Source of the DNA: an uncultured virus (IMG/VR IMGVR_UViG_3300020180_000001)
Lineage: Duplodnaviria > Heunggongvirae > Uroviricota > Caudoviricetes
Reading direction: 5' to 3' (one strand)
IMG/VR virus record: IMGVR_UViG_3300020180_000001
Length of the DNA: 64,000 bases
Of the stretch, positions 19,821 to 29,654 are shown in pieces. Below the pieces are notes generated by a model. The model did not search any database, was not told where the DNA came from, and saw nothing but the letters and a program-made list of their open reading frames with translations. The position numbers were made by a program, and so were the translations under genes. Position 1 is the stretch's first letter, and the number at the start of each line of letters is the position of its first letter.

Positions 19821-22040
19821 TTATTTTAATTTATCTATCTGTAATTGGTCCGGAGTACCATCCTTATTAGAATCTTGTTCCTTTACGAACTTAAAAGATT
19901 CTATCTCCTGTATGCGTATTTCATGAGCCTTATCTCTAAGATCTCTCATATCTTCTGCTTGTAACTGCTTATCAAGTAACTCCTGCTGTTGCTGGAAAGT
20001 TTGTGCTTGTTGGTTATTAATTTCTTCCTTCTTAGCCTTCTCCGACTCAATAATACGAGTCTCAAGATCTTCGATAGAAGTAGACTTAAATATCTTAACT
20101 ATATCCGATATAGTAACTCGATCGCTCTGAAGTAACCTGTCAGACAATGCACGCAGCGTAGAGAAGATCTCATCTTCCTTAGAAGAAGAGGAAACAAATA
20201 CTCCAAATTCAGCATCCTGAAAATAGGTATCATCTAACTCCAAAGACGCAATCGACATATCATCCAAAACATACTGTTTAGTAACAGACTTAGAAGACCA
20301 TAAATCCTTAGTAACCTGAAGAAGTTGTGTTAGTACTTTCTCCCATAACTTATTATGCACATGAAAGTATATCTCAGTAATTACAGACGACATATGAATA
20401 TTAGAGTTAGCATTGTTTACAGCCTCTCCTGGTAATATCTGTCCTTCTCGTTGTTTAGACACGCCTGCTACATCAGAGATTTGGGCATCTAAAAACGAGA
20501 GAAGATTAATATAAGCCATAACATTCGAGGTGGTAGACATATCAGTAGAAGCATGTACTTTACCTCTTTGAAACGCGCCTGGTTGCTCAGCATTAACTAA
20601 AGGATTATAAAAATCAATATTGAGTTCCTTTAAATAATAAAGAGTTTTTTCAAGTCCTACCTGAGGATCTATCATAGAAGTATCAAAATGAAAGATCCTT
20701 CCGTTATCCTGAGCAACTAACTTTTTAAGTTTGTGCATCACGATAAAATAAAGATAGAGGAATGGTTTCATTCTATCCATAAGAGATACCGGCTCTGAAT
20801 TAGTAGCATTGTATACTACTCCTAAATAAGATAAAGACAACTTAGTAGGATCATCAGACATTCTAAACTGATGTTTAGCAGGACCTACCATAGCATAAAT
20901 ATCACCACCTATCTTAGTACCTGTCCATATCTCAGGGATATACGACCATTCCAACTCATAGGGGACAGATCCAATACTAAAAGAGTAATAAGTACACTTA
21001 CGTCCATACTCCTTAGTGCGAACAGATTTGATGGCAGTAGGAGGAACGGGGAAAGACTCATCCACCATAACAGTCTTGTCAGAAGTTAAGAACCCTACCT
21101 TTCTTTGCGATCTCCATTCTACATGCTGTACTAATATCTGATTACCCTGAGTGGGATTATCATTTAACCTGTCATTACCATACTCAATAGTCTTATTAGA
21201 AGAAACCTGTATTCCATAAGGAGAAAGAGAAAGTTTATCTATCTTCTCGATCTCATCATCAGTAAGATAAACCGCGTACTTATCAAGTACCTCTCCGGAA
21301 GTAAGGTACGTTCGATAGCCGGCATAAGAACCTTCCTGAATATACTTTACATCATTCGACTTCTCATAAAATACTCCTAAAGGATTAAGAATCTCTATCA
21401 CAGGAGCATCATTGGTGGACGTAACATAGATAAATTCTCGTGCAGAGAGTAATGCGTGCTTGAAAGCATCTAATTTAAGATCTTTAAGATCTAACTTCTT
21501 ATGAAGATAATTAAGAATAGCCGACGCTGTTATCTCTTTAACAGAAAGATAAGAGGAGGAAAGATACCGTTTAATATCCTCTTCGGGTATAAGATTGTCA
21601 GAGAACTCTTGAGGGAGTTCCGGTATCTTAGCACTAAGGGAGGCATATATATAAGACCTGAGAGCAATCGTTCGATCATTTAATTTAGACTGTATACCCT
21701 CCTGATTAGTAAGAGTAACTTTGTGATTAAAAGGCCGTTTAAGTTCTTCACCTAAAAGTACCTGTATTTTGTTATACGCCTTATTATAAGGCTGTATCTC
21801 ATCTATCAACTGGCCTATATCAATACCTAAAGGGTTACATAACCTTGTAAAATCTTTTTGATTAATCTTATTGTTATATAACTGATAATTAGAGAGCATA
21901 CGCTCATACTCATTCTTATACTCATTGACGGTATCAGAATCAAGAGAGTAAGACATCAATATCTTATCTATAGTCTCTCTGGCCCATTTAAAATTTGATT
22001 TTGACTTCTCGTTAAAAGAAAGTCTCTGTTTTGTTAACAT
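19821..22040 (-). CDS. Portal protein
   Basis: 739 aa; NYQLYN, LLGEELKRPF, SLMDRMKPF.YLY, GVSKQREGQI. Confidence 0.85.
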   Translation of the reverse strand: MLTKQRLSFNEKSKSNFKWARETIDKILMSYSLDSDTVNEYKNEYERMLSNYQLYNNKINQKDFTRLCNPLGIDIGQLIDEIQPYNKAYNKIQVLLGEELKRPFNHKVTLTNQEGIQSKLNDRTIALRSYIYASLSAKIPELPQEFSDNLIPEEDIKRYLSSSYLSVKEITASAILNYLHKKLDLKDLKLDAFKHALLSAREFIYVTSTNDAPVIEILNPLGVFYEKSNDVKYIQEGSYAGYRTYLTSGEVLDKYAVYLTDDEIEKIDKLSLSPYGIQVSSNKTIEYGNDRLNDNPTQGNQILVQHVEWRSQRKVGFLTSDKTVMVDESFPVPPTAIKSVRTKEYGRKCTYYSFSIGSVPYELEWSYIPEIWTGTKIGGDIYAMVGPAKHQFRMSDDPTKLSLSYLGVVYNATNSEPVSLMDRMKPFLYLYFIVMHKLKKLVAQDNGRIFHFDTSMIDPQVGLEKTLYYLKELNIDFYNPLVNAEQPGAFQRGKVHASTDMSTTSNVMAYINLLSFLDAQISDVAGVSKQREGQILPGEAVNNANSNIHMSSVITEIYFHVHNKLWEKVLTQLLQVTKDLWSSKSVTKQYVLDDMSIASLELDDTYFQDAEFGVFVSSSSKEDEIFSTLRALSDRLLQSDRVTISDIVKIFKSTSIEDLETRIIESEKAKKEEINNQQAQTFQQQQELLDKQLQAEDMRDLRDKAHEIRIQEIESFKFVKEQDSNKDGTPDQLQIDKLK

Positions 22041-24186
22041 TTGAAAATAAACGTGAGTTTAATTTATTAAATTGAGAGTTGATTACAGGATCAACCTTAG
22101 ATCTCCTTACAGAAAGGTTGTGGAGTTCCTGTAACCCTACTATACAACCTATAAAACCCATTACACGATCATAGTTACCCTTATCCATAGAGAAGGCAAG
22201 CAACTCCTGAAGAAGTCCCGGATCAGGTATAACATCAAGATTGAGATAATTATCATGATGAGTCTCGAGTAAGAAGTTACGAAGATACTGTACGGCCTCC
22301 CATTTAATCTTTTCATTAGACATAGGGTACCCGTACGTGGTAGAGGGCGCAGTATTATATCCTGCTTTCCTCTGAAAAATGGTATTAGGCTGGGAAGCAA
22401 GTAAATCCAGTCTGCCAATCCTTTCAAAGTAATCCTTTACATTCCCTACCTGTGCTTCAAAGTAGATAGTAGCATTACCATAAAAAAGAGATAACTTATG
22501 TAATATATCATTTATAGCATTCTTACCTTCATAAGGTCTTCCAATAAAAGAAGCGACAATCTCATGATGCCCGTTTGAAGAAAAGTAAGCGGAAGTCTTC
22601 ATAACATATATAGTCGCAAGAGACGGACCTGTAGGAGAATCTTCCTTAATAGGATCATGCCCTATAATATAAGCATCTTTCGGAGTATGGGATCCAAAAA
22701 GAGAGGGTAACTCATATATAGTTATAGACCCGTCTCTTGACTCAGACGTAGTAGGGAATGTCTTAAGAGGTACTGCGTGAGGGTTAAGATCATAATTAAC
22801 TCCCTGATAAGGAGAAGTGGGATCGAAAAATAGAGTCACCTCAATAGGAGTAGCAGGTGCTAACATCAATCTGCGAAGAGATGAAGATAACTCAGCCGAA
22901 GGGAAAATATTGGCTTTTCTCGAAAGAAACATCTCAGACGGGGTAAACGGCTTATACTGTATCGCCTTATTAAGAGCATCAGGAGAACCTTGTTGCAGGC
23001 GCTTTCTCTCATCTAATAAAGCCTGTTTAGCAGTGGGGACATCCGTAATACCATTCTCATCCTTATACTCATTAAGGGAAAGATATGCAGGTATAAAATA
23101 ACCTATCTCAGAGGAAGACTCCTCATAAATATTAGGAAATTTAAGAATATTATACTTATCGGGCTCAAAAAACATTTGGGATGCCGGAATAGATCCTTTT
23201 TCCATATCACCTCCGGTACCCAACATAATGAGGGAGCCAGTCTTACGTAAACCATCTCTTAAATTATCTACCGTATTATTATGTATATCTAAAAGATTAG
23301 GTACAAGCCCACACTCTTCCACTATCAAAATAGAGGGGCGGGTACCTTGTGCTGCAAATGAGTTCTCATTAAAAGATCTATGCTTGATAGTTGAGTTAGA
23401 CCCTACAATAGTATTCTTAACTCTTCGTCCTGAAATAACCTCTGAATTAAGTGCGAAGGATCCTACATAAGCCTTTGAGAGGGGAGAGGGAGAATTAAGA
23501 TTATTAGAATCATACTTACCCGGAAGAAGGTTCATACAATCTCTTGCCTTATTAAGTAAGTCCGCAGACTTATCAGACACCACAGAGCCTACCAGAATCT
23601 CTGTAGAAGCGCGAGGTGCGGTCAGGTTCAATCTATTATCAAAAAGAAACGTATAAGCAATTAACCCTGCACCTATCATATAAGACTTACCTAAGTTACG
23701 TGAGCCCATCAACATAAAGTTAGAAACCTGATTATCATAAAGAGGAGTATCAAAATGAGGATGGGGAGATACTAAATAATCCCGAGGGTGAATATACTTT
23801 TTAAGTATACCATTGAATAACGTATGAGGCAACTTAGAAGAGTAATAATCTAAAGAATAGTTTTCCAACACTTCGTGACAACAAGTATACTCAGTATCCT
23901 CTAAAAAACCTGAAAATCCTTTAGCCTCAAAAAGGTAGGAGAACACATCCCATTCAAGATCACGAAGAGTAGGACGGGCATAAGACTTTGCCTGAGATCT
24001 CCCCTTATTCAACTTAATAGTTGCAAGATTAGCATAAAAATATAAAGCCGGAGGCATATAATAACCATTAGACCAATACCCTACAATACACCTCCTTATC
24101 TGCTCTGACCAAAAGATCTTATACTCTTGAGAATTAGGATGGTAAGAAGGAATTGTAACTAAATAATTAGAATTGTCAGGCCGCAT
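22012..24186 (-). CDS. terL: Terminase large subunit
   Basis: Walker A GSRNLGKS, Walker B IVEECG, GTGGD coupling motif, nuclease GHDP and NYDRV. Confidence 0.9.
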   Translation of the reverse strand: MRPDNSNYLVTIPSYHPNSQEYKIFWSEQIRRCIVGYWSNGYYMPPALYFYANLATIKLNKGRSQAKSYARPTLRDLEWDVFSYLFEAKGFSGFLEDTEYTCCHEVLENYSLDYYSSKLPHTLFNGILKKYIHPRDYLVSPHPHFDTPLYDNQVSNFMLMGSRNLGKSYMIGAGLIAYTFLFDNRLNLTAPRASTEILVGSVVSDKSADLLNKARDCMNLLPGKYDSNNLNSPSPLSKAYVGSFALNSEVISGRRVKNTIVGSNSTIKHRSFNENSFAAQGTRPSILIVEECGLVPNLLDIHNNTVDNLRDGLRKTGSLIMLGTGGDMEKGSIPASQMFFEPDKYNILKFPNIYEESSSEIGYFIPAYLSLNEYKDENGITDVPTAKQALLDERKRLQQGSPDALNKAIQYKPFTPSEMFLSRKANIFPSAELSSSLRRLMLAPATPIEVTLFFDPTSPYQGVNYDLNPHAVPLKTFPTTSESRDGSITIYELPSLFGSHTPKDAYIIGHDPIKEDSPTGPSLATIYVMKTSAYFSSNGHHEIVASFIGRPYEGKNAINDILHKLSLFYGNATIYFEAQVGNVKDYFERIGRLDLLASQPNTIFQRKAGYNTAPSTTYGYPMSNEKIKWEAVQYLRNFLLETHHDNYLNLDVIPDPGLLQELLAFSMDKGNYDRVMGFIGCIVGLQELHNLSVRRSKVDPVINSQFNKLNSRLFSNVNKTETFF

Positions 24187-25651
24187 GTATAGTATAATGA
24201 GTATTAAGCAGAAGAGTCGCCGTAGTAATCGCAGTAGTAAGAGCCTCCTTCAGAGTAGAAGCAGGATCTACTACACCCGTTTGAAGAAGATCCTCATAAG
24301 AGGAGGTCGAAGCATTATACCCTAAAGAGGTGGATAGTATCTTCTCAATCACAACGTCGGGGTTAGGGGCAAGTAATCGAATAGGGGCAAGTAACATCCC
24401 TTTGAGGGGAATGGGGAAATCTAAAGAAAGTAGGAGGGGCACATAACCACCTCCGGGAATTACACCATAAAGATCCGCCTGCTTAATAGACCGTACAGCA
24501 TCATCTATCTTAGCCTTGAGGGAAGCATGTGCAGCCTCAGTAGGTGCCCCTACATGAATAGTACCAACCTTAGAAAGGAGCGAGGAGGCCCTAAGTGCAT
24601 ATTTCTGCTGTAAGTAAGGGGGGAGGGTACTAATCTCCGAAAGAATGGAATCTACCCGGGAAGAGATTTGAGGCGTAATAACATTAATAAAAGTCGTCTT
24701 ATCAGCCTTAACAATAACTCGTTTACAGGTACCCAACTGTAAAGGCCTGAAATCCTTAGCAAGTTGTGCAGAGTTCTCCGAGATAATCTCAGAAGAAGTA
24801 TAGACCGCCATATCCTGAAGAAGAAGATGTCTCATCTCCGAATAAGAAGGTGCTTTGATAGCTACTACCTTAAGAGGCGTGCGTAGCGTATTAACAATCA
24901 ATAACTGTATTACCTGAGGATCGAAATCATCAGCAATAATAACTCCGGGTTTATCTACCTTAACAAGATACTCTAAAAAAGGTACTATATCCTGCGTAGA
25001 CTTAAGTTTAGAATCCGTAATAAAAATAAGAGGGTTATCAAAAGAAACCTGTTTACCATCTTCAGCAAACATAGAAGACATAAACCCCCTCTCGATAGAA
25101 TACCCATCAGTGATGGAGGTGGAGGTATAGGGAGCAGGAGAATCCTCTATAAGAATAGTCCCTGAAAGAGTAACCTCCTGATAGAGATCATAAATAAGTT
25201 TTCCTGTGAGAGGATCATTATCAGACGCAATCGTAGCAATATTAAGAAGATGGGCGGGAGTGGACGGTACCGTAAAAGAATCTATTGACGCCATAAGACG
25301 GGGAAGATGATTGGTAAGTTCCCGCTTAAGGGAAGCCGGAGACTTATTAGTCGAAATAAGGTACTTAATACTATCCTCTAAAAGAGTAGTCGTAAAAAGG
25401 ATGGAAGTAGTAGTACCATCCCCTTGGGAGAGAAGAGTGTTGGTCGCAGCCTGTTTGATAATACTAACTATAGGAGCAATATCAGGGGGAGGAATCAGGA
25501 ACTTAGCCACAGTAGCCCCATCCTTAGTAGTAGTAGAAGAAAACTGATCATGTATAATAACCTCAGATCCATTAGGACCTAAAGTAGGAGTAACAGCATC
25601 CTTAATAAAAGAAGACGCTGTCAATAACAAAGAATGGTGAGGACTAATCAT
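24176..25651 (-). CDS. groEL: Phage-encoded chaperonin GroEL (Cpn60)
   Basis: TLGPNG, TKDGATVA, GDGTTT, KAPSY, GVIPGGG, GVVDP; start likely MISPHH at 25651. Confidence 0.9.
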   Translation of the reverse strand: MISPHHSLLLTASSFIKDAVTPTLGPNGSEVIIHDQFSSTTTKDGATVAKFLIPPPDIAPIVSIIKQAATNTLLSQGDGTTTSILFTTTLLEDSIKYLISTNKSPASLKRELTNHLPRLMASIDSFTVPSTPAHLLNIATIASDNDPLTGKLIYDLYQEVTLSGTILIEDSPAPYTSTSITDGYSIERGFMSSMFAEDGKQVSFDNPLIFITDSKLKSTQDIVPFLEYLVKVDKPGVIIADDFDPQVIQLLIVNTLRTPLKVVAIKAPSYSEMRHLLLQDMAVYTSSEIISENSAQLAKDFRPLQLGTCKRVIVKADKTTFINVITPQISSRVDSILSEISTLPPYLQQKYALRASSLLSKVGTIHVGAPTEAAHASLKAKIDDAVRSIKQADLYGVIPGGGYVPLLLSLDFPIPLKGMLLAPIRLLAPNPDVVIEKILSTSLGYNASTSSYEDLLQTGVVDPASTLKEALTTAITTATLLLNTHYTIHAA

Positions 25652-26072
25652 ATTGTTCAAGTAAAGATAATTTAGACTCAGTACCATCCTTATCAATAAG
25701 AGACAGTATCTGTAAGTATTGTTTCCACATAAGAGAAGTAGCCTCTAACATAGCATCAAGCATCTTATAATTAGAAGCATCATAAGGAAGACTCTTTATA
25801 AAAAGATCTCTTTCGTGGAGTTTATTCTCCCAGTTATGAAGTAAAAGAGAGTTCTTAGTAGTAAAATAGGGGATAAGAGTATCATCAGGTACAAAAGACG
25901 GATCTATCTTCTGAGAAGATAGTAACCGTAAGCGAGGAGGTAAATGGGAAGTAGGCGACTTTAAGTGATAATAATACACATAAGCCCACATAAGAGAAGA
26001 AGGTAAATCTAAAGGAAAGAGAACCTTATTCTCCGGTGTCCAAAAATCAAGCTGGTAATCGAACGTGTTCAA
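25644..26072 (-). CDS. Hypothetical protein (possible terminase small subunit-type)
   Basis: 142 aa close upstream of groEL/terL; function inferred from position only. Confidence 0.35.
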   Translation of the reverse strand: MNTFDYQLDFWTPENKVLFPLDLPSSLMWAYVYYYHLKSPTSHLPPRLRLLSSQKIDPSFVPDDTLIPYFTTKNSLLLHNWENKLHERDLFIKSLPYDASNYKMLDAMLEATSLMWKQYLQILSLIDKDGTESKLSLLEQYD

Positions 26073-26388
26073 AATAAGCCTGTATCAAAGTAGGAGGGAT
26101 AAGAATCATACCTTCAAATTCAAGTACGAGTGAATCCCTATCAAGAAAGAACTGATAATGAGGAGATACAGCAGAAGGAGATACATATACCCTAGTACCT
26201 ACTTTCAAATCCATATAAGGATACATCAGAGTCCCCTTAGAAAGGTAATTTACATCTGAAATCTTAGTAGCAGGTCTACCACCTTCAGTCTCATACGCCA
26301 TATAAAGAGGTATAATAATAGAAGAAGAGTTAGAATTTTCCCGAACCTCGTCGAGAAGGATCAAACATTGATCGTGCATTAATTTCAT
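26047..26388 (-). CDS. GroES-like co-chaperonin
   Basis: MKLMHDQCLI (cf. MKPLHDRVLV), SSIIIP mobile loop, LKVGTRVY; ORF can extend to 26451. Confidence 0.55.
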   Translation of the reverse strand: MKLMHDQCLILLDEVRENSNSSSIIIPLYMAYETEGGRPATKISDVNYLSKGTLMYPYMDLKVGTRVYVSPSAVSPHYQFFLDRDSLVLEFEGMILIPPTLIQAYFEHVRLPA

Positions 26389-26671
26389 GCCTAGTGGCAA
26401 AGAGACGGGAGATTTTCTCTCTGTTTTCGAGAGAGGGTTGTGATCGTTCATATTTAATAAGTGTTTTAATAATCATTAGCGGACTCTTAGTAACAAACTT
26501 CCCAAAGTGTGGGATCATAAGAAACTTGCGAGTAGGCTCTTGTGTAAAATCGTAGATAGAAGATAGTAAATACCTAATCTGCTTATCTACAATCTCTTCC
26601 GGTATCTGCAACTGTAAAGCCACTTCCTTTACAATGCTTGATATATTTCTTGTTACAGTCACAGTGTTCAC
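26330..26671 (-). CDS. HU/IHF-like DNA-binding protein
   Basis: IVKEVALQLQIPEEIVDKQI...LMIPHFGKF. Confidence 0.65.
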   Translation of the reverse strand: MNTVTVTRNISSIVKEVALQLQIPEEIVDKQIRYLLSSIYDFTQEPTRKFLMIPHFGKFVTKSPLMIIKTLIKYERSQPSLENREKISRLFATRHEINARSMFDPSRRGSGKF

Positions 26672-26792
26672 ATTTAAAGCCCTGGTAGGCTATCTCGTAG
26701 CCTTGAGGACACGGATTAGCAGGAACGAAATGGTCATCATTCCCTTTAGAAGGGTTCTCTGTAGTTAAAAAAAAGTTAGAAACAGTAACCAT
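26583..26792 (-). CDS. Hypothetical small protein
   Basis: ORF track; in line with neighbours but overlaps the HU-like gene. Confidence 0.35.
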   Translation of the reverse strand: MVTVSNFFLTTENPSKGNDDHFVPANPCPQGYEIAYQGFKCEHCDCNKKYIKHCKGSGFTVADTGRDCR

Positions 26793-26797
26793 GTTAT

Positions 26798-26971
26798 TTA
26801 AGAAGTAAATTCATAGTCAGGATGATCAGACTTAACCTTTTCTAAAGCCTCTTCGTAAGAAGTAGCCCTAATCTTGAAAGTCTTTTTAAGAGAACTAAAC
26901 CTGTGATAGCCAGGAAAAGAATACCACTGATACACCGTATTTCCTGTCTTCCTTAGTAAAAAACTAAACAT
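26798..26971 (-). CDS. Hypothetical 57 aa protein (below ORF-track cutoff)
   Basis: MFSFLLRKTG...KIRATSYEEALEKVKSDHPDYEFTS; AT-rich leader. Confidence 0.5.
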   Translation of the reverse strand: MFSFLLRKTGNTVYQWYSFPGYHRFSSLKKTFKIRATSYEEALEKVKSDHPDYEFTS

Positions 26972-27004
26972 AATTAGGTTATAGTATATTTTGTATTTCG
27001 TATA

Positions 27005-27628
27005 AAAATAGTAGCGAACATGGCTTCGCCACGCCAGAATTTAACGTCTAAATTTTACAGGAGAGGGCTACACTGTAAACACGACGGAGCAGTTTTGTTT
27101 TTAACCTATTTGGTGCCGAAGAAAGGACAATAAGTGTTGATTCATCAATAAGTTGATAAACCAACACGGAGCGTTTTAAAGACGAACTTATATACGCACG
27201 GACACAACTATACACATGATAACCCTCTTTTCGTTAGTATCTTACTATCACTATGGTAGTGACCGATTTTACACCATTACTTACCATTAATATTAGTTAA
27301 GAAGAGCGGTAATCTTCTAAAAACCGGGTTTAAAAAAACCCTCAGAACCAATATTAGAAAGTACAAGTATAAGGCGAAGAGGCATGTGTAACCTATTAGG
27401 GTTAAGGATTTCATCATTATGATTCAGCAATCGAACAAATTACTATTAAGTGATAAATCGACTTAATAGGTCACACTCTCTTCTTACCACCATAATAACT
27501 ACTGTATAGAAGAAAGGTCTCGACGTTCCGTAATGATTTGTAGCCGCCACCCTTAGAAATCCCTATCAACCCTCCTTTTCAGGAGAAAACTTCAGGGCTA
27601 AGGGCAGGAACTATAACTATCTCGAATC
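27005..27628 (-). ncRNA. Candidate large structured ncRNA, copy A
   Basis: No ORF of 60 aa or more; many stems with G-U wobbles and a GAAA loop on the minus strand; follows a TATCTTTG promoter; shares five ordered sequence blocks with 47010..47530. Confidence 0.6.
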
Positions 27629-27630
27629 CA

Positions 27631-27670
27631 GTACAAAGATACAACATTTAAAGTTCAAAACCTAATTTAT
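27631..27670 (-). promoter_or_regulatory. Bacteroidota sigma-A type promoter (-7 TAnnTTTG)
   Basis: TATCTTTG at 27641-27634; surrounding sequence nearly repeated at 47534-47572. Confidence 0.65.
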
Positions 27671-27694
27671 TTACCCCTTTAACATATCGTTAAC

Positions 27695-27945
27695 ATACAC
27701 CCTAAAAAAGCCTAAAAAATACACCCTAAAAAATATAACCCCCCCCCCAACCTTTATCATGCTCCCTAAATACATGGTCCCTAACCTTTATGACGGTCCT
27801 TAAGTACATACTTCACAAAAAATACACCGTAACTTTTAACACGGTCCTTAACCTTTATGACACCCCCTAAAAAATATAACCGTAACCTTTAGCATGGTCC
27901 TAAAAAAATATACCTCTAACTTTTACCATGCTCCCCAAGTACATA
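27695..27945. repeat. Degenerate C/A-rich direct repeats at the divergent junction
   Basis: Recurrent CCTAAAAAATA(T/C)A, TAACCTTTA/TAACTTTTA and CATG(G/C)TCC units. Confidence 0.65.
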
Positions 27946-28042
27946 CCCCCCTATCGTGATTGCTGACGCACATAGGGGGGACGTTGGTAAGGACTATATA
28001 ATACAATATTATATAGCCTTTAATCCCTTAACATTAAGACTC

Positions 28043-28561
28043 ATGAGTATATATGAAAAGGACTTGAGACAACTAAAGGCAGCCAATCAGGCGGCATTGG
28101 TATCTCCAGTCACATCATCCACGGGCAATTCTGTGCCTGTCGATGAGAGTACAAAGGCGCTCATTGAAGGCGCTGTATCGGTTAAATTAGTGGCTGTGGG
28201 GCCACTTAAAATAAGTCCCATATTGAAGGAAAATGCAGATAAAGTCCGGATTCCGACGGGCCTTAACACTGCAAAGTTTTCCTGCACATTGATAGCAAAT
28301 GGCTGTGCCTTTGCAATCAATCTCCATTCCGTGACTCTTTACGCGTTATTGCAAGGCGGTGCACAGTGCACCCTTGCGTTTTACGAAAACACTCTGACAA
28401 AGCCCGGGGGCTTTTGGTTAGGCATGACGTGTGCCGGACAGCCGGCCTCACTGTCAGGGCCGCAAATCGACGAAATGTCTGCCTTACTTGAGGCGTGGAC
28501 ACAGAAGAAAGAATCTGAAGTTGAAGTATTAGAGGTCGAACCGTTAGAAGTATCGGAATAA
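28043..28561 (+). CDS. Hypothetical protein, first gene of the rightward arm
   Basis: Start moved to MSIYEK at 28043; acidic C-terminus. Confidence 0.55.
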   Translation: MSIYEKDLRQLKAANQAALVSPVTSSTGNSVPVDESTKALIEGAVSVKLVAVGPLKISPILKENADKVRIPTGLNTAKFSCTLIANGCAFAINLHSVTLYALLQGGAQCTLAFYENTLTKPGGFWLGMTCAGQPASLSGPQIDEMSALLEAWTQKKESEVEVLEVEPLEVSE

Positions 28562-28673
28562 AACCCTTAAAAGAGAGAGGGACAGACAGCGCACCGTATC
28601 ACCATATTAGGTAAGATACAAAGCCTACCTGTGCCCTCTCTCATCTTAATTAAATTTAAATTAACAATAAAAA

Positions 28674-28856
28674 ATGATTGGTATTACTTTTAGCCAGTTA
28701 ATCCGCTTTATTGCGGGCTGGTTAGGTTTTTGGGGTTTGGTAGCCCTGATTACCTACCTGTTAGGGGGCGACCCCACACATCCCGCCGTGGGAGTCGTCT
28801 CATTCATCTTTGGAATTATTCCGGCCCTTGTTTTGGCCGGTGATGACGAAAAATAA
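28674..28856 (+). CDS. Small two-TM membrane protein
   Basis: Two hydrophobic helices; AT-rich leader. Confidence 0.55.
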   Translation: MIGITFSQLIRFIAGWLGFWGLVALITYLLGGDPTHPAVGVVSFIFGIIPALVLAGDDEK

Positions 28857-28863
28857 CACGGCT

Positions 28864-28892
28864 GCGTTCTCTTAATCGGGAACGCTTTTTTT
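28864..28892 (+). terminator. Rho-independent terminator
   Basis: GCGTTCTC-TTAATC-GGGAACGC followed by T7. Confidence 0.7.
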
Positions 28893-28897
28893 AGGCT

Positions 28898-29016
28898 TTT
28901 TTTATAGGCTTTTTAAAGCCGGTTTTATAGGGTTTTTTAACCCGGTTTTATAGGGTTTTTTAACCCGGTTTTATAGGGTTTTTTAACCCGGTTTTATTAT
29001 AGGCTTTTTAAAGCCG
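28898..29016. repeat. 23 bp tandem repeat (3 exact copies, 2 variant flanking copies), each with an internal hairpin
   Basis: GGTTTTATAGGGTTTTTTAACCC at 28921, 28944, 28967; flanks carry GGCTTTTTAAAGCC. Confidence 0.85.
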
Positions 29017-29049
29017 ATTTTTATAAGGGCGTTTAGACGACGCCAAATC

Positions 29050-29094
29050 ATCGTGGGGAAAGCCCAATAAGGTTCGCTACCTTAAACGATACCA
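29050..29094 (+). ncRNA. tRNA-like minihelix (T-arm, acceptor-like stem, ACCA end)
   Basis: ATCGT/ACGAT stem followed by ACCA; TAAGG-TTCGCTA-CCTTA T-arm. Confidence 0.45.
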
Positions 29095-29095
29095 G

Positions 29096-29121
29096 GACCA
29101 GGCAATTCCGCCTCGGTTCAA
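29096..29121 (+). promoter_or_regulatory. Conserved pre-gene hairpin motif, copy 1 of 7
   Basis: CCAGGCAATTCCGCCTCGGTTCAA upstream of 29149. Confidence 0.7.
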
Positions 29122-29148
29122 CTTTAAATTTTTAAAATATAAATAAGT

Positions 29149-29514
29149 ATGTCAAATATTGTAACGTTTGCCGAGCAAGTCAACGGCTATATCCAATTTA
29201 CCGTTCCTACCGGCTATTACGCCGGTGCTTCCCACTACGAGAATGATCAGACGGAGATCGTTTACATACCGAACTACATATCGGTCGGAAAAACCGTTGA
29301 AGAGTATATCACCATTAAACCGCTCAAGTCTGTGTGCAACTCACAACCCTACACAGACTCACACAACGCGTGCACGCGCGTTGACGTGCACTTGGCAAGA
29401 ATTGTTAATTCAGGCTGCCCGAAAGGGTGGTCGGTCGCAGAAATAGAGCATAAGCTCTACGGGGATGAGGTGTCTATGGAAGTGAAGGAGATCCTTTACA
29501 CGTGCCACTTTTGA
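29149..29514 (+). CDS. CPxGWS family paralogue 1
   Basis: NGYIQF...GYY...RVDVH...GCPKGWS...VKEILYT. Confidence 0.75.
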   Translation: MSNIVTFAEQVNGYIQFTVPTGYYAGASHYENDQTEIVYIPNYISVGKTVEEYITIKPLKSVCNSQPYTDSHNACTRVDVHLARIVNSGCPKGWSVAEIEHKLYGDEVSMEVKEILYTCHF

Positions 29515-29524
29515 AGTAAAAAAA

Positions 29525-29561
29525 GCATCCTCGTAGACTCAAATCTATGGGGATGTTTTTT
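29525..29561 (+). terminator. Terminator hairpin (repeated at 30451; degenerate at 31504)
   Basis: GCATCCTCGTAGA-CTCAAA-TCTATGGGGATGT followed by a T-tract. Confidence 0.75.
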
Positions 29562-29579
29562 AACCTCGTCACAACATTA

Positions 29580-29649
29580 ACACCTGAACAAGTGTATAAA
29601 CTGCTCAACCTTAACACCGTAACACCTGAACAAGTGTATAAACTGTTCA
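29580..29649 (+). ncRNA. Two tandem H-type pseudoknot motifs
   Basis: ACAC-C-TGAACA-A-GTGT-ATAAAC-TG(C/T)TCA at 29580-29607 and 29622-29649. Confidence 0.6.
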
Positions 29650-29654
29650 ACAAT

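Noticed and set aside
27005..27628. Group I or group II intron identity for the large RNAs
   Set aside because: They do not interrupt a gene, and I could not find convincing P7 or domain V motifs by eye; needs cmscan to exclude fully.
28898..29016. Mini-CRISPR array
   Set aside because: Units are head-to-tail with no unique spacers.
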